This document shows, one piece after another, positions 9,119 through 17,367 of a stretch of DNA of 60,884 bases. The notes below the pieces were generated by a model that was not told the origin of the DNA, did no database searches, and was given only the letters and a program-made list of their open reading frames with translations. The position numbers were made by a program, and so were the translations under genes. Source of the stretch: an uncultured bacterium (GTDB lineage: Bacteria; Verrucomicrobiota; Kiritimatiellia; RFP12; UBA1067); assembly GCA_902780865.1 (NCBI GenBank), contig CACZHC010000008.1:1-60884 (forward strand), read 5' to 3'. How positions within the stretch are numbered: position 1 is the stretch's first letter; the number at the start of each line of letters is the position of its first letter.

Positions 9119-9832
9119 ATGAAAAAGACAATTGCAGTTCTCTTCGCGATTGCGTCGGCGGTCGTGTTCGCCGGCATGAACGATGTGCTGGTCTCCTTTA
9201 ATTCTCTCTACACGCCAGACACTGATAAATATGCTGACGGCACCACTGTCCTTGACGGCGAGTGGTATGCGCTTGTTTGCATAAAGGACGGCAAGGCGGA
9301 TATTGTGGATGCCGCGTCTCTTGCCAAGGATGGCCGTTGCCCTCGTTACGTCTTTACGATTGATGAATCCAAGCTTGATGCATGTGCGGGGGGTGTGCTT
9401 GGGGTCTATCTCCTTGACACTCGCGATTTTTCCGCCGATCCTTCTGGTAAGAAGCGGACCGAGAACCTTGGTGAGAACGGATATCCGGTGTATAATGCGA
9501 TGGCGGCCACGAAGGGCGAAATGAAAAGGACTGGCAATTTTGCCTCTGCCACAGCAGGAACCTCGGTGTCGGCAGGTTCGTATGATCTTGCATCCGCGGG
9601 AGTTAAGTCACCCAAGGTGACAAGCATTGATGTCAGTGGCGACGAGGTTGTCGTGACGGTCAGTGATACGGTTCCTTTTGTTGGATACACGCTCGAGTCT
9701 GGAGACGGTGCGTTTAACTTCATGGTTCTTCCAGGCGCTGATACTTCTAACGGGAACGCTACAGGCGTGATTACGCTTAAGGCGCCCAAGAAGGATGGCG
9801 CACAGTTCTTCAAGGTTTCCTCTATCAAGTAA
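9119..9832 (+). CDS. Secreted protein of unknown family (P2)
   Basis: SD AAGGAAG and signal peptide MKKTIAVLFAIASAVVFAG. The C-terminal module ends ..GVITLKAPKKDGAQFFKVSSIK. The gene lies 22 nt after P1. Confidence 0.75.
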   Translation: MKKTIAVLFAIASAVVFAGMNDVLVSFNSLYTPDTDKYADGTTVLDGEWYALVCIKDGKADIVDAASLAKDGRCPRYVFTIDESKLDACAGGVLGVYLLDTRDFSADPSGKKRTENLGENGYPVYNAMAATKGEMKRTGNFASATAGTSVSAGSYDLASAGVKSPKVTSIDVSGDEVVVTVSDTVPFVGYTLESGDGAFNFMVLPGADTSNGNATGVITLKAPKKDGAQFFKVSSIK

Positions 9833-9849
9833 TTTTAGGAGTCGTCAAA

Positions 9850-10557
9850 ATGAAAAAACTTCTCTTGATTGCAGGCGTGGCAGTTGCCCTCGCAGCTTCG
9901 GCTGAGTATACCAGCCAGACGATAGGCGTCACAAAGATTACGACGACGAATCGCAACACGATTGTCGCTGTCCCGTTTGCGTCCCTTACAAATGGAACGG
10001 CGGCTATTTCTGCGAACGATCTTGTTTGCACAAATGGTTTGCCTATTGGGACGACGACGGCAACGACACAGCTTCTCGTGTTCAAGAATGATGGATATCT
10101 TACATGGGAGCTGGCTCCGGAGGGCTGGGTGCCTGTTCCAAATGGGTCTCATACGGCGGACTATGTCAGCGCGAACAGCACCATAGCAAGTGGCGGGGCG
10201 ATTTGGGTTGTCCTTCCGAGTGCGCCGAATCCTTCTCAGGACATTTATATCTATGGTGATTTCACCACAGAGCCGACTCAGTCGAGCATTGCGCCTGGTG
10301 TTGCCAATCTTATAGCAAACCCGTTGCAGTCTGATGCCACAGTTGCATTGTCGGGGACGCCTGCCAAGGGTGATGTAATCATCATCCCCACTGATGGCGC
10401 CGCTGAAAGCTACTCTTACGGCAGAGGCGGTTGGGTAAATAACGGTGTTTCCTTTGATCTTGCATCCATTACTGTCAAGGTTGGGCAGGGTTTCTGGTAT
10501 GTGAGCAAGTCCACTACCGGTGTTACTAAGGTTACTTGGAGTGCCAAGTCCAACTAA
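9850..10557 (+). CDS. Secreted protein of unknown family (P3)
   Basis: SD TAGGAG and signal peptide MKKLLLIAGVAVALAASA. The gene lies 17 nt after P2. The C-terminus reads ..ITVKVGQGFWYVSKSTTGVTKVTWSAKSN. Confidence 0.75.
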   Translation: MKKLLLIAGVAVALAASAEYTSQTIGVTKITTTNRNTIVAVPFASLTNGTAAISANDLVCTNGLPIGTTTATTQLLVFKNDGYLTWELAPEGWVPVPNGSHTADYVSANSTIASGGAIWVVLPSAPNPSQDIYIYGDFTTEPTQSSIAPGVANLIANPLQSDATVALSGTPAKGDVIIIPTDGAAESYSYGRGGWVNNGVSFDLASITVKVGQGFWYVSKSTTGVTKVTWSAKSN

Positions 10558-10592
10558 GTGTAATGCTATATCTTAAAAGAAAGAGAATGCTT

Positions 10593-11105
10593 ATGAAAAA
10601 ATCAATTGTAGCGGCACTTGTGTTTTCGGTGGCTCTTGCTGCCTCTGCCGATGTCCTCTACTGGATGGTAGGCGATAGCATTGCAAACACGGCAACGCAG
10701 AGCGATTCAAGCAGTTTCGCAGCGCTTTATGTGTCTGGCGGTGGCGTGGATCCAGATCCAACGGCGTTAATGACCGTTACTGGAGGACAAGTTTACAATA
10801 TGTATGACCCGGACGGCGGAACGGTTGCATTTTCGTATTCTGGGATAGATGCTTTTAGTTCGGGAGATTATAAATTCTACGTTGAGATCTTGGCAGATGG
10901 TGACTATAAAGGCAGTCAGACCTCCAAGATGTCATACACTGATCTCGCGCCATATATTTATGCTGGCACGGGTCAGCCAACGAGCACAATGCTGGCTGGT
11001 TTTGGTGGCGCAAATACCTCCTACAACGTTCCGGAACCGACGAGCGGGTTGCTGTTCCTCATTGGCGGGATGCTGCTCGGTCTGAAGCGCCGTCGCCAGG
11101 CTTGA
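10593..11105 (+). CDS. PEP-CTERM sorting-domain protein (P4)
   Basis: Signal peptide MKKSIVAALVFSVALAASA (start at 10593, or at 10587 adding ML). The C-terminus VPEPTSGLLFLIGGMLLGLKRRRQA has the PEP motif, a TM helix and a basic tail typical of exosortase substrates. The upstream part of the tracked ORF (10536) overlaps P3 and is unlikely to be translated. Confidence 0.8.
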   Translation: MKKSIVAALVFSVALAASADVLYWMVGDSIANTATQSDSSSFAALYVSGGGVDPDPTALMTVTGGQVYNMYDPDGGTVAFSYSGIDAFSSGDYKFYVEILADGDYKGSQTSKMSYTDLAPYIYAGTGQPTSTMLAGFGGANTSYNVPEPTSGLLFLIGGMLLGLKRRRQA

Positions 11106-11129
11106 GCATAGTCTGCTGACGCAATGCGA

Positions 11130-11168
11130 AGTGCAAGAAGCCGACAAGGTTTCTTGCACTTTTCATTT
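11130..11168 (+). terminator. Intrinsic terminator ending the P1-P4 operon
   Basis: A 10-bp perfect stem, AGTGCAAGAA (11130-11139) paired with TTCTTGCACT (11151-11160), is followed by TTTCATTT. Confidence 0.75.
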
Positions 11169-11216
11169 CCCCATCTGCCTTCTTCGGTGTAGTCGTGACC
11201 CCTACTTCGGTGGGGG

Positions 11217-11246
11217 TTGCTGGAAGATGAAGGCGTTTGGTATAAT
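11217..11246 (+). promoter_or_regulatory. Promoter of the giant glycine-rich gene (extended -10)
   Basis: TTGCTG (11217-11222), an 18-nt spacer and TGGTATAAT (11238-11246). SD AAAGGA precedes the ATG at 11274. A UUCG-tetraloop hairpin, CCCCTAC-TTCG-GTGGGGG (11199-11216), abuts the -35 element. Confidence 0.55.
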
Positions 11247-11273
11247 GCAACAAGACAGCGAAAGGATCCTGCG

Positions 11274-14200
11274 ATGAAAGTCACAACCCCGTATCGCCTT
11301 TTGATGCTCGTGTTTGCATTTGCGTTGCTTTGCGTCGGTTCCGCCCAGGCGTCATTCCTAGTCGATCTCGCGACGAATGCGAACAAGGTCGCCTCGTCGC
11401 CCTACGCGACTGGCGGCGATGTAATCCTGCACCTGCAGGGCGTCGGCTATGACGACTACGTCCATGTCTTCACGAACACGGCGTCCGCCGGTGCCTTCAC
11501 TCCGTCTCAGGCTCTGACCGCCCGCCTCCTTCTCGTTGCAGGAGGAGGTGGCGGCGGAAACAAGTCCAACAAGCCGGGCGGCGGCGGTGCGGGCGGCATG
11601 ATTGAAGTGGCGCGTGAGGCGCTGTCTGCCGATACGGTCTATGCGGTCACGGTCGGATCCGGTAGTGTGGGCACGTCGCAGAACAAAGGCACGACGGCCG
11701 GGGATTCATCGTTCGTGGGCGGGTCGGTTTCGTACGTGGCCGTAGGCGGCGGACGAGGCTCGGATTATGCCACGGCCGGATTCATGTCCGGCGGCAGCGG
11801 CGGCGGCGCGGGATCGAACAACAGCCCGTGGTCTGGCGGCTCCGGAACGCCAGGCCAGGGACATGACGGCGGTTCCGTCGCGCAGTTCTCATCGGGCAAC
11901 GGCGGTGCCGGCGGCGGAGGCGGCGCGGGTGCGCCGGGCGGGGCGCTGTGTTCGTATGTCGGCTCGTCGCCTCTCGGTCTTCATGCCGGAATCGGCGGCG
12001 ACGGCCTGCCGTCCGATATCCTCGGCTTCTCGCAGTATTTTGCGGGCGGCGGCGGTGGCTATGCGAACTTGTCGTCGGCTAATGGTTATGTTCGCGCACC
12101 TGGTGGACTCGGCGGCGGCGGCAGCGGCGGCATTGGCGGCGATCCCGTCGGAGAAGACGGCGAAGACGGACTCGGCGGCGGTGGTGGTGGCGGACTCGGG
12201 GACTACCCCACCGGTCGGGGCGGCAGCGGCATCGTCGCTGTTCGCTATCTGGTCTGGACATCTAACGCGCCGCTCCTGCGGCCTTCGTCGGCCGTCACGG
12301 AGGGCGGGACGTTCGTGGCCGTGACCGGCGCGGTTGGCGCATTTGGCGCAGGCGAATCGTCCGCCTTGGTGAAGATGCGCTACTGGAAGACCTCCACGCC
12401 AGCCGATACGACGACCATCGACTTGGTCGAAATCGTCGGCGAGGGCAATCTCGATGTCGCATTCAGCAAGACAGTCGGCGGCTTCGACGCCAAGACCGAA
12501 TACGGCTATGCCATCTACGCGGCAGGCGCGAACGGCGCTTCGGCCGAGCAGACCGGAACGTTCACGACTTTCGCCGCGACGCTCGGTGGATCGGGTGGAG
12601 CAATCCTGACCAATGGCTTCTACCGTATCCATGTCTTTGACGACCCCCGTGCGCCCGCGACCTTCACGACTGTTGATGACGGCTATGTTGACATCCTCGT
12701 GGTCGGCGGCGGCGGCGCGGGCGGCTATGGCGCCGCATCCGGCGGTGGCGGCGGTGGCGGCGTCGTCTACTCGAACCATGTCTATCTCGCGGCCGGTGCC
12801 TACGCCGTTACGGTAGGCACAAACGGGACGATGCTTTCGGGCGGGACGAGCGCCAAACATCCCGGCGGCAACTCGTCATTCGCCGACATCATCGCCTATG
12901 GCGGCGGATGCGGCGTCGGCTGGGACGACAACAAGGCCACTGGATCAAGCGGCGGTTCTGGCGGCGGCGGCTCGCGCAATGTAAACGGAAGCCAAGCGGG
13001 TTGCGTCTACGGCCAGGGGCATCAGGGAGGCAATGTCCTGGGCTATCCCAACTACAAGGCTGGCGGCGGCGGCGGCGCAGGGGGCCGTGGCGCCGATGGC
13101 TCAACAGAAGGTCCAGGCGCGGGCGGACCTGGATATGCATGCTCCATCACTGGCGAGACGGTCGTCTACGGTTCGGGCGGAGGCGGCGGCGCAAGAATCG
13201 CCACCGACGCGATGGCACCGGGCGGGGAGAACGGCGGCCATGGCGCCTGCTGGACCATCGCCGCGACTTCGGGCGTTGACGGTACGGGCGGCGGCGGCGG
13301 AGGTGGCTGCGGCGTTTTCAAGCAGAGCGGAAATGGCGGTTGCGGCACCGTCATAGTCCGCTACATCGACTGCACGCTCTTGGGCGACGATCCGGCCATC
13401 GCGGTCGAAGTCGCGGAAACGACACCTGTCTCCGCCGTTGTCGAGGTCTCGGTTCCCCATGCGGGGGCGTCTGCGACCGTCACGCTTTCGGTCGCGGTCT
13501 CCTACGAGGAGGGAGGCGCGGCGATCGCCGCGCTTTCGCGGACGGTTCCGGACTTCATCGGCCCGCTGACGATTCCCCTCGCCGGGCTTTCGCCGGGACG
13601 CACCTACTTCGTGGCCGCGACGGCGGACAACGGAACGAAGACGGCGACCGCAACGACTTCGTTCACCACGGATCCGATGTTCACCAAGGCGCTTTCCCTC
13701 TCAACGGCTGGCGGCGTCCTCTCCTACACCATGGACGGCGCTTCGGACGGGACGCAGACTCTCGAGCTGTGGGTTGGGCCTGACGAGGCGTTGATGACGA
13801 ATCTCGCGACGTATGCGGATGCGTCCCTTATGACGGCAGGATCACATACGATCACGCCGTTCACGGTAGATTTTCTCGACGAGACGATGGCCATCATGCT
13901 CCGCCATGTCGCCGTGGCGAAGGGTCATTCGTTCACGAACGACTCGGCCGTGCTGACCGCGACGCTCCGGGACGGCGCCACCTACACGTGGAATAGCGAA
14001 GTCTCCGAGGGCGACTGGTGCGACGCCGCGAACTGGATCGCCTCCGACGGCATGCGCGGCTGGCCGGCGGCAGGATCGACGGCGAAGTTCCCGGCCATGA
14101 CTGCGACTGCACGCGTCGACCGCGCCGTTTCGTTTTCGACAGCGAAATTCACTTCCGGAGGCGCGTGGTCTTTTGCAGGAACGACGTCCAGTGCCTCGCT

Positions 14201-14969
14201 CTCATTCGCCGGATCGGGCGACGCGGCGCTTGACGATGGATCCTATGTCTTCGACGCGCTCGCGGTGCACGTCTCGGCCGGACAGAACGGCTGGCTCGGC
14301 AACAATCAGAGGATTGTCCTCGAAAACGGCGCGGAACTCGTCTCCTCGAAGAACCTCTGCCTGCGTGCGTCGGGCGGTTCGCTCCTCGTCGGCGCGGGCT
14401 GCTCCTTCTCGGGGACGGGCCTTGGCGGCAGCAAGGGCGCGTCGCTTGTCGTGAGCAACGGCACGGCGACCGTCTCGGGCGCGGTCAATCTCTCCGAACG
14501 CGGGAGCGCGACGGACCTCCCCGCGTCGCTTTCGATCTGCGGCGCCGACGCCCGCATTTTCTGTAGCGGCTTCTACTCGCAGTACACCAATGCGACCGTG
14601 ACGATCAAGCTGGAAGGGACGTATTCTCAGGCGGAGGCGCTTATCCGCGAGACGGGGACGACCGCGATGGCGGCGTCGGGCGGCACTCTGACTTTCGATG
14701 TTCCGAGGACGCGCGCTTCGAAGAGCGTTGCAAAATGCGACATCCTCGTCGCGGACTGGTCGAAGAAGAGCATCAACACGGCGCTTGTCGCCTTTGGCGA
14801 ACATGAAGAAGACGACTACTCATACTTCTTCTTCACGGAATCGGCCGACCTCTCGTCGGCGACACGGCGCTACACAAGCGCGGAGGAGGTCGCCGACGCA
14901 GGCGCGACCGTGAAGTGTCTCTGGTACCACCACAAAGGTCCAGGAGGTTTCCATCTGTCTGTCAGATGA
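11274..14969 (+). CDS. Large secreted protein with two tandem glycine-rich domains and a beta-helix-like C-terminal region
   Basis: Signal peptide MKVTTPYRLLMLVFAFALLCVGSAQA. Domain 1 (about 11440-12255) runs from YVHVFTNTASAGAFTP..ARLLLVAGGGGGG to ..GSGIVAVRYLV. Domain 2 (about 12610-13375) runs from FYRIHVFDDPRAPATFTT..VDILVVGGGGAGG to ..GCGTVIVRYIDC. The C-terminal ~530 aa is Ala/Ser/Gly/Thr-rich with passenger-like strands (ASLVVSNGTATVSGAVNL). The 19 codons from 11217 overlap the promoter and are unlikely to be translated. Confidence 0.85.
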   Translation: MKVTTPYRLLMLVFAFALLCVGSAQASFLVDLATNANKVASSPYATGGDVILHLQGVGYDDYVHVFTNTASAGAFTPSQALTARLLLVAGGGGGGNKSNKPGGGGAGGMIEVAREALSADTVYAVTVGSGSVGTSQNKGTTAGDSSFVGGSVSYVAVGGGRGSDYATAGFMSGGSGGGAGSNNSPWSGGSGTPGQGHDGGSVAQFSSGNGGAGGGGGAGAPGGALCSYVGSSPLGLHAGIGGDGLPSDILGFSQYFAGGGGGYANLSSANGYVRAPGGLGGGGSGGIGGDPVGEDGEDGLGGGGGGGLGDYPTGRGGSGIVAVRYLVWTSNAPLLRPSSAVTEGGTFVAVTGAVGAFGAGESSALVKMRYWKTSTPADTTTIDLVEIVGEGNLDVAFSKTVGGFDAKTEYGYAIYAAGANGASAEQTGTFTTFAATLGGSGGAILTNGFYRIHVFDDPRAPATFTTVDDGYVDILVVGGGGAGGYGAASGGGGGGGVVYSNHVYLAAGAYAVTVGTNGTMLSGGTSAKHPGGNSSFADIIAYGGGCGVGWDDNKATGSSGGSGGGGSRNVNGSQAGCVYGQGHQGGNVLGYPNYKAGGGGGAGGRGADGSTEGPGAGGPGYACSITGETVVYGSGGGGGARIATDAMAPGGENGGHGACWTIAATSGVDGTGGGGGGGCGVFKQSGNGGCGTVIVRYIDCTLLGDDPAIAVEVAETTPVSAVVEVSVPHAGASATVTLSVAVSYEEGGAAIAALSRTVPDFIGPLTIPLAGLSPGRTYFVAATADNGTKTATATTSFTTDPMFTKALSLSTAGGVLSYTMDGASDGTQTLELWVGPDEALMTNLATYADASLMTAGSHTITPFTVDFLDETMAIMLRHVAVAKGHSFTNDSAVLTATLRDGATYTWNSEVSEGDWCDAANWIASDGMRGWPAAGSTAKFPAMTATARVDRAVSFSTAKFTSGGAWSFAGTTSSASLSFAGSGDAALDDGSYVFDALAVHVSAGQNGWLGNNQRIVLENGAELVSSKNLCLRASGGSLLVGAGCSFSGTGLGGSKGASLVVSNGTATVSGAVNLSERGSATDLPASLSICGADARIFCSGFYSQYTNATVTIKLEGTYSQAEALIRETGTTAMAASGGTLTFDVPRTRASKSVAKCDILVADWSKKSINTALVAFGEHEEDDYSYFFFTESADLSSATRRYTSAEEVADAGATVKCLWYHHKGPGGFHLSVR

Positions 14970-15036
14970 AAAGGGGCGTTATTGACGAGATTGACCAAAT
15001 ATGGGATAATACTCTGCAAAGGTAAGATTGACATCT

Positions 15037-17346
15037 ATGGACAACAAATCTTTTGCGGGTGATCGCCTGAGAAAGCGGGACTTTGGCCTCGCGCTGATTT
15101 CTGGCATTGCCTTTTTCTTTGTCTATTTCATTTTCGCCCCTCGCGGGCTCGATCCGTCGCTTTGGGACGAAATGACTGTTGCCGCTGGCATGAGGCCGCC
15201 GCAGACTGTTTTTGCTGGTGTCTGGCGGCTTTTTACGGCATGGATGCTTTCGCTTTTTGGGCATGCGTACATCGTTCAGGCGCTGAGGCTCGTCGGCGCA
15301 GTCGTCGGTGGAATTTCGGCTGTCTGTGTGTACTTGGTATTGCGGCAGATACTTGCCTGCCTCTCTCGGGTCAAGAGCTTCGAGCGTTGGGAATGGATTG
15401 CCCCGCTGTTCACGACGATTGCGACGGTGTGCTTCTGCGCCGGCGACGCGATGTTCCGCATAACGGCCCCGGTCGCCCCTGGCGCGTTCCGATTCCTCGC
15501 GCTCATACTGTCTCTTCATCTATTCCTTCGGTTTTTGAAGAATGGCGGGCTTTTGCGCATTCTTCTTTCGATGGCCTTTGCCGGCATGCTCGCGGCGGAG
15601 ACTCTGGTGGGATTTATCCTCCCCGCCGTCTACTATGTCGCGCATCGGCTCGCGCTCGCCGAGGCGCTGAACGAGAAGCAGCAGGTCGACTCCGATCCCG
15701 GGCATCTTGCCTTTATGCCGCGCTGGAGGATGTTCTTCTCGTTCGTGTTCGGCCTTGTCCTGCTTGTCGGGGTGAACATTGCGACCTTCGTGTCGTTCGG
15801 CGGGCTTGAGGCGAACGGCTGGAGCGGCTTTGACGTCGCTTTTCACTATGTCGTGAGATACTACGGTTTTCTTGTGTCTGCGGCCTCTCCGATCGGCTGG
15901 TTGCTTGCCATAACATTCTCTCTCCTTCCCTTGGTGGTGACGCTTGTCCTTTTCCCGATGCTTTGCCGCGATACCGAGCCCCTGCGATTCAGGCTCGGGC
16001 TGATTGTCCTTTTCGCAGGCGTGCTCGCGCTTGTCCAGTGCGGCATACTCCCATATACGCGTCTATGGTCTTTCTCCTCCGGTGCCGTCGAGATAAACTC
16101 CGACTTCCTCGAATGCGTATTCATGCTGATGACGGCTGTCACGCTCGCGCTTGCCGCCTCGTGCTTCACGCTTGGCTGCCAGGAGATATTCTTCTTCGAC
16201 GAGGACGACGGCTCGTTCAAGGTCGCAGAGCCGCGTGGCCCGGTTATGCGCAATCTTGTCCAGGCGATTGTCATTGTATGCGTTCTGCCGACTGTGTTCC
16301 GCGTATACCGTCCCGTCGAGACGGAGCTGAGGTCCATCGTCCATGACGCGATTGTCGAGACCGTGCGCGAGTGCGGCGACGCCAAGTTCGTATTTACAGA
16401 CGGACGGCTCGATTCCGGTATCGAGCTGATCGCCTCCATGATGGGCTCGCAGGTGAAGCCGCTGAACATGATGAGCGGGCCTTCGCCATGGGAGAAGTAC
16501 ATTCGCACGAGGAACTTCGAGGAGGGCTCGCCCGACCACGCCTCCGCCGAAGTAGGCGTTCCCGTCCTTCTGCGAGTCTGGGCCGGCGAGATGACGAACG
16601 GCATGGACAATGCCGCGGTCCAGCTCGGCTTCGAGTTCTGGAAAAGGGCGAGGAAGCCGCTCCCGAGGAGCTCCGGCTTCGTTGCGCGCGAGAAGGGCCT
16701 TTCCGACGCCGAGGTCGAGCGCGGCATATCTGCCGCGAATGCCATAGCCGCGAGGATCATCAGGATCGCAAAGGAGAATCCCCACATGGCCGTCTCGCCT
16801 GCTTTGCGAAGCGCCGTCTCGTCGGTCTCCTGGCGCATCTCTCGTTTCGCCCGCATGAGAGACGACGAGCAGCTAGCGAACGAGCTTGACGAGTGGAACG
16901 ACGCCGTCAAGCACCTGATGCGGCTCATCGACTACGAGCGCATGCGCACGTTCATGCAGATGACGCCCTACGAGGGACTTCGGCTCTCCCTCCGGCGCGC
17001 AGACTTCGTCGAGGCACGCAAGTACGGCGCGACTGTCCTGCAGATCGACCCGGAGGATCCCGAGGCGAACTTCGGCACAGGCATGGCGTTTCTCATGGAG
17101 GAGAAGTACAAGGAGGCCGAGTTCTATCTCGCGCGCACTCTCGTGAAGCGCCCCGACGAACCGGCGGTCCTCAACAACCTCTCGATAATCTTCCGAAAGA
17201 CGAACCGCCTCGAAAAGGCGCTTGAGTACGTCAAGAAGGCGCATGAGCTCGCTCCCGAGAACGAGGAGATAGCTCGCACCTTGAAGGACACCGAGCGTGC
17301 CATAACGAAGCGCAACGAGACGCTCAAGTCGGCGTTTTCGAGGTAG
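15037..17346 (+). CDS. Polytopic membrane protein with C-terminal TPR repeats (possibly a DUF2723/PMT-like glycosyltransferase)
   Basis: About 10 predicted TM helices in the N-terminal 400 aa. The C-terminus has TPR-like repeats (EANFGTGMAFLMEEKYKEAEFYLARTLVKRPDEPAVLNNLSIIFRKTNRLEKALEYVKKAHELAPEN). The start could be TTG at 15028 or ATG at 15037. A TGGGATAAT -10 element lies at 15002-15010. Confidence 0.65.
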   Translation: MDNKSFAGDRLRKRDFGLALISGIAFFFVYFIFAPRGLDPSLWDEMTVAAGMRPPQTVFAGVWRLFTAWMLSLFGHAYIVQALRLVGAVVGGISAVCVYLVLRQILACLSRVKSFERWEWIAPLFTTIATVCFCAGDAMFRITAPVAPGAFRFLALILSLHLFLRFLKNGGLLRILLSMAFAGMLAAETLVGFILPAVYYVAHRLALAEALNEKQQVDSDPGHLAFMPRWRMFFSFVFGLVLLVGVNIATFVSFGGLEANGWSGFDVAFHYVVRYYGFLVSAASPIGWLLAITFSLLPLVVTLVLFPMLCRDTEPLRFRLGLIVLFAGVLALVQCGILPYTRLWSFSSGAVEINSDFLECVFMLMTAVTLALAASCFTLGCQEIFFFDEDDGSFKVAEPRGPVMRNLVQAIVIVCVLPTVFRVYRPVETELRSIVHDAIVETVRECGDAKFVFTDGRLDSGIELIASMMGSQVKPLNMMSGPSPWEKYIRTRNFEEGSPDHASAEVGVPVLLRVWAGEMTNGMDNAAVQLGFEFWKRARKPLPRSSGFVAREKGLSDAEVERGISAANAIAARIIRIAKENPHMAVSPALRSAVSSVSWRISRFARMRDDEQLANELDEWNDAVKHLMRLIDYERMRTFMQMTPYEGLRLSLRRADFVEARKYGATVLQIDPEDPEANFGTGMAFLMEEKYKEAEFYLARTLVKRPDEPAVLNNLSIIFRKTNRLEKALEYVKKAHELAPENEEIARTLKDTERAITKRNETLKSAFSR

Positions 17347-17367
17347 TGGCTCCAAGGGGAGGGGGAT

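Noticed and set aside
11520-13330. GGC/GGT-rich low-complexity DNA, considered as a possible tandem repeat, CRISPR-like array or contingency locus
   Set aside because: It has no fixed repeat unit or spacer structure and no homopolymeric tract. The irregular Gly codon runs are explained by the two glycine-rich protein domains.
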